Virus record (IMG/VR): IMGVR_UViG_2734482556_000012
Direction: 5' to 3' (one strand)
DNA: 33,447 nucleotides
From: a virus
Taxonomy: Duplodnaviria > Heunggongvirae > Uroviricota > Caudoviricetes
A model generated the notes under the pieces. It did not search any database and had not been told where the DNA came from. It worked only from the letters and a program-made list of their open reading frames with translations. The position numbers and the translations under genes were made by a program. This document shows, one piece after another, positions 33,079-33,447 of this stretch. The first letter of the stretch is position 1; the number at the start of each line of letters is the position of its first letter.

Positions 33079-33447
33079 ATGACAGAGACAGAATCAGCGA
33101 TTCTGGCGCACGCCCGGCGATGTGCGCCAGCGGAGTCGTGCGGCTTCGTGGTGAGAACGCCGGAGGGGGAAAGATATTTTCCCTGCGTGAATATCTCCGG
33201 TGAGCCGGAGGAGTATTTCCGGATGTCGCCGGAGGACTGGCTGCAGGCAGAAATGCAGGGTGAGATTGTGGCGCTGGTCCACAGTCACCCCGGTGGTCTG
33301 CCCTGGCTGAGTGAGGCCGATCGGCGGCTGCAGGTGCAGAGTGATTTGCCGTGGTGGCTGGTCTGCCGGGGGGCGATTTACAAGTTCCGCTGTGTGCCAC
33401 ATCTTACCGGGCGGCGCTTTGAGCACGGGGTGACGGACTGTTACACG
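33079..33447 (+). CDS. K: tail assembly protein K (NlpC/P60 + JAB/MPN-like), 3' partial
   Basis: MTETESAILAHARRCAPAESCGFVV...HSHPGG nearly identical by eye to lambda K; ORF runs off the window end. Confidence 0.85.
   Translation, partial: MTETESAILAHARRCAPAESCGFVVRTPEGERYFPCVNISGEPEEYFRMSPEDWLQAEMQGEIVALVHSHPGGLPWLSEADRRLQVQSDLPWWLVCRGAIYKFRCVPHLTGRRFEHGVTDCYT

Noticed and set aside
1-33447. tRNA, rRNA, CRISPR arrays, integrase/att sites, insertion sequences
   Set aside because: No T-arm-like GTTCGAATC motifs or cloverleaf candidates; the only regularly spaced repeats are the iterons inside the O-like gene; no tyrosine or serine recombinase ORF; int and att presumably lie outside the window.

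Overview
33.4-kb window of an integrated lambdoid, cos-packaging prophage from an enterobacterium (E. coli/Shigella/Salmonella-like), in lambda-map orientation; no flanking host genes, integrase, tRNA, rRNA or CRISPR were seen. All homology calls are motif-level recognition by eye, not database searches. Left to right: (i) a plus-strand accessory module with a Panacea/DUF4065 SocA-like gene coupled to an unknown 139-aa partner (1-1247); (ii) a minus-strand early-left operon from a candidate pL (excisionase-like, DnaQ-type exonuclease, DUF551, Ea22-like, HD nucleotidase, YfdP/Q/R/S-like; no N and no Red genes recognised); (iii) immunity region with CI-type repressor and Cro around palindromic operators; (iv) a translationally coupled early-right operon (CII-like, unknown, O-like initiator with internal iterons, PerC-like, Dam MTase, LexA-DBD-like, RusA, KilA-N, DUF968/HNH-like, Q); (v) a Q-S moron island (antisense lipoprotein, PapI/FaeA-like wHTH, orphan beta-class MTase); (vi) lysis cassette (phage-21-type pinholin, two inserted unknown genes, SAR endolysin, lambda-type Rz/Rz1); (vii) candidate cos; (viii) Nu1/A terminase, W, portal, fused protease-scaffold-capsid, FII-, Z-, U-, V-like, G/T frameshift pair, H, M, L (split by a 250-N assembly gap) and K (3' partial). 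Best candidates for undescribed biology: the Panacea module, the gene pair inserted between holin and endolysin, the Q-S island, and an N-less pL leader carrying a large perfect inverted repeat.
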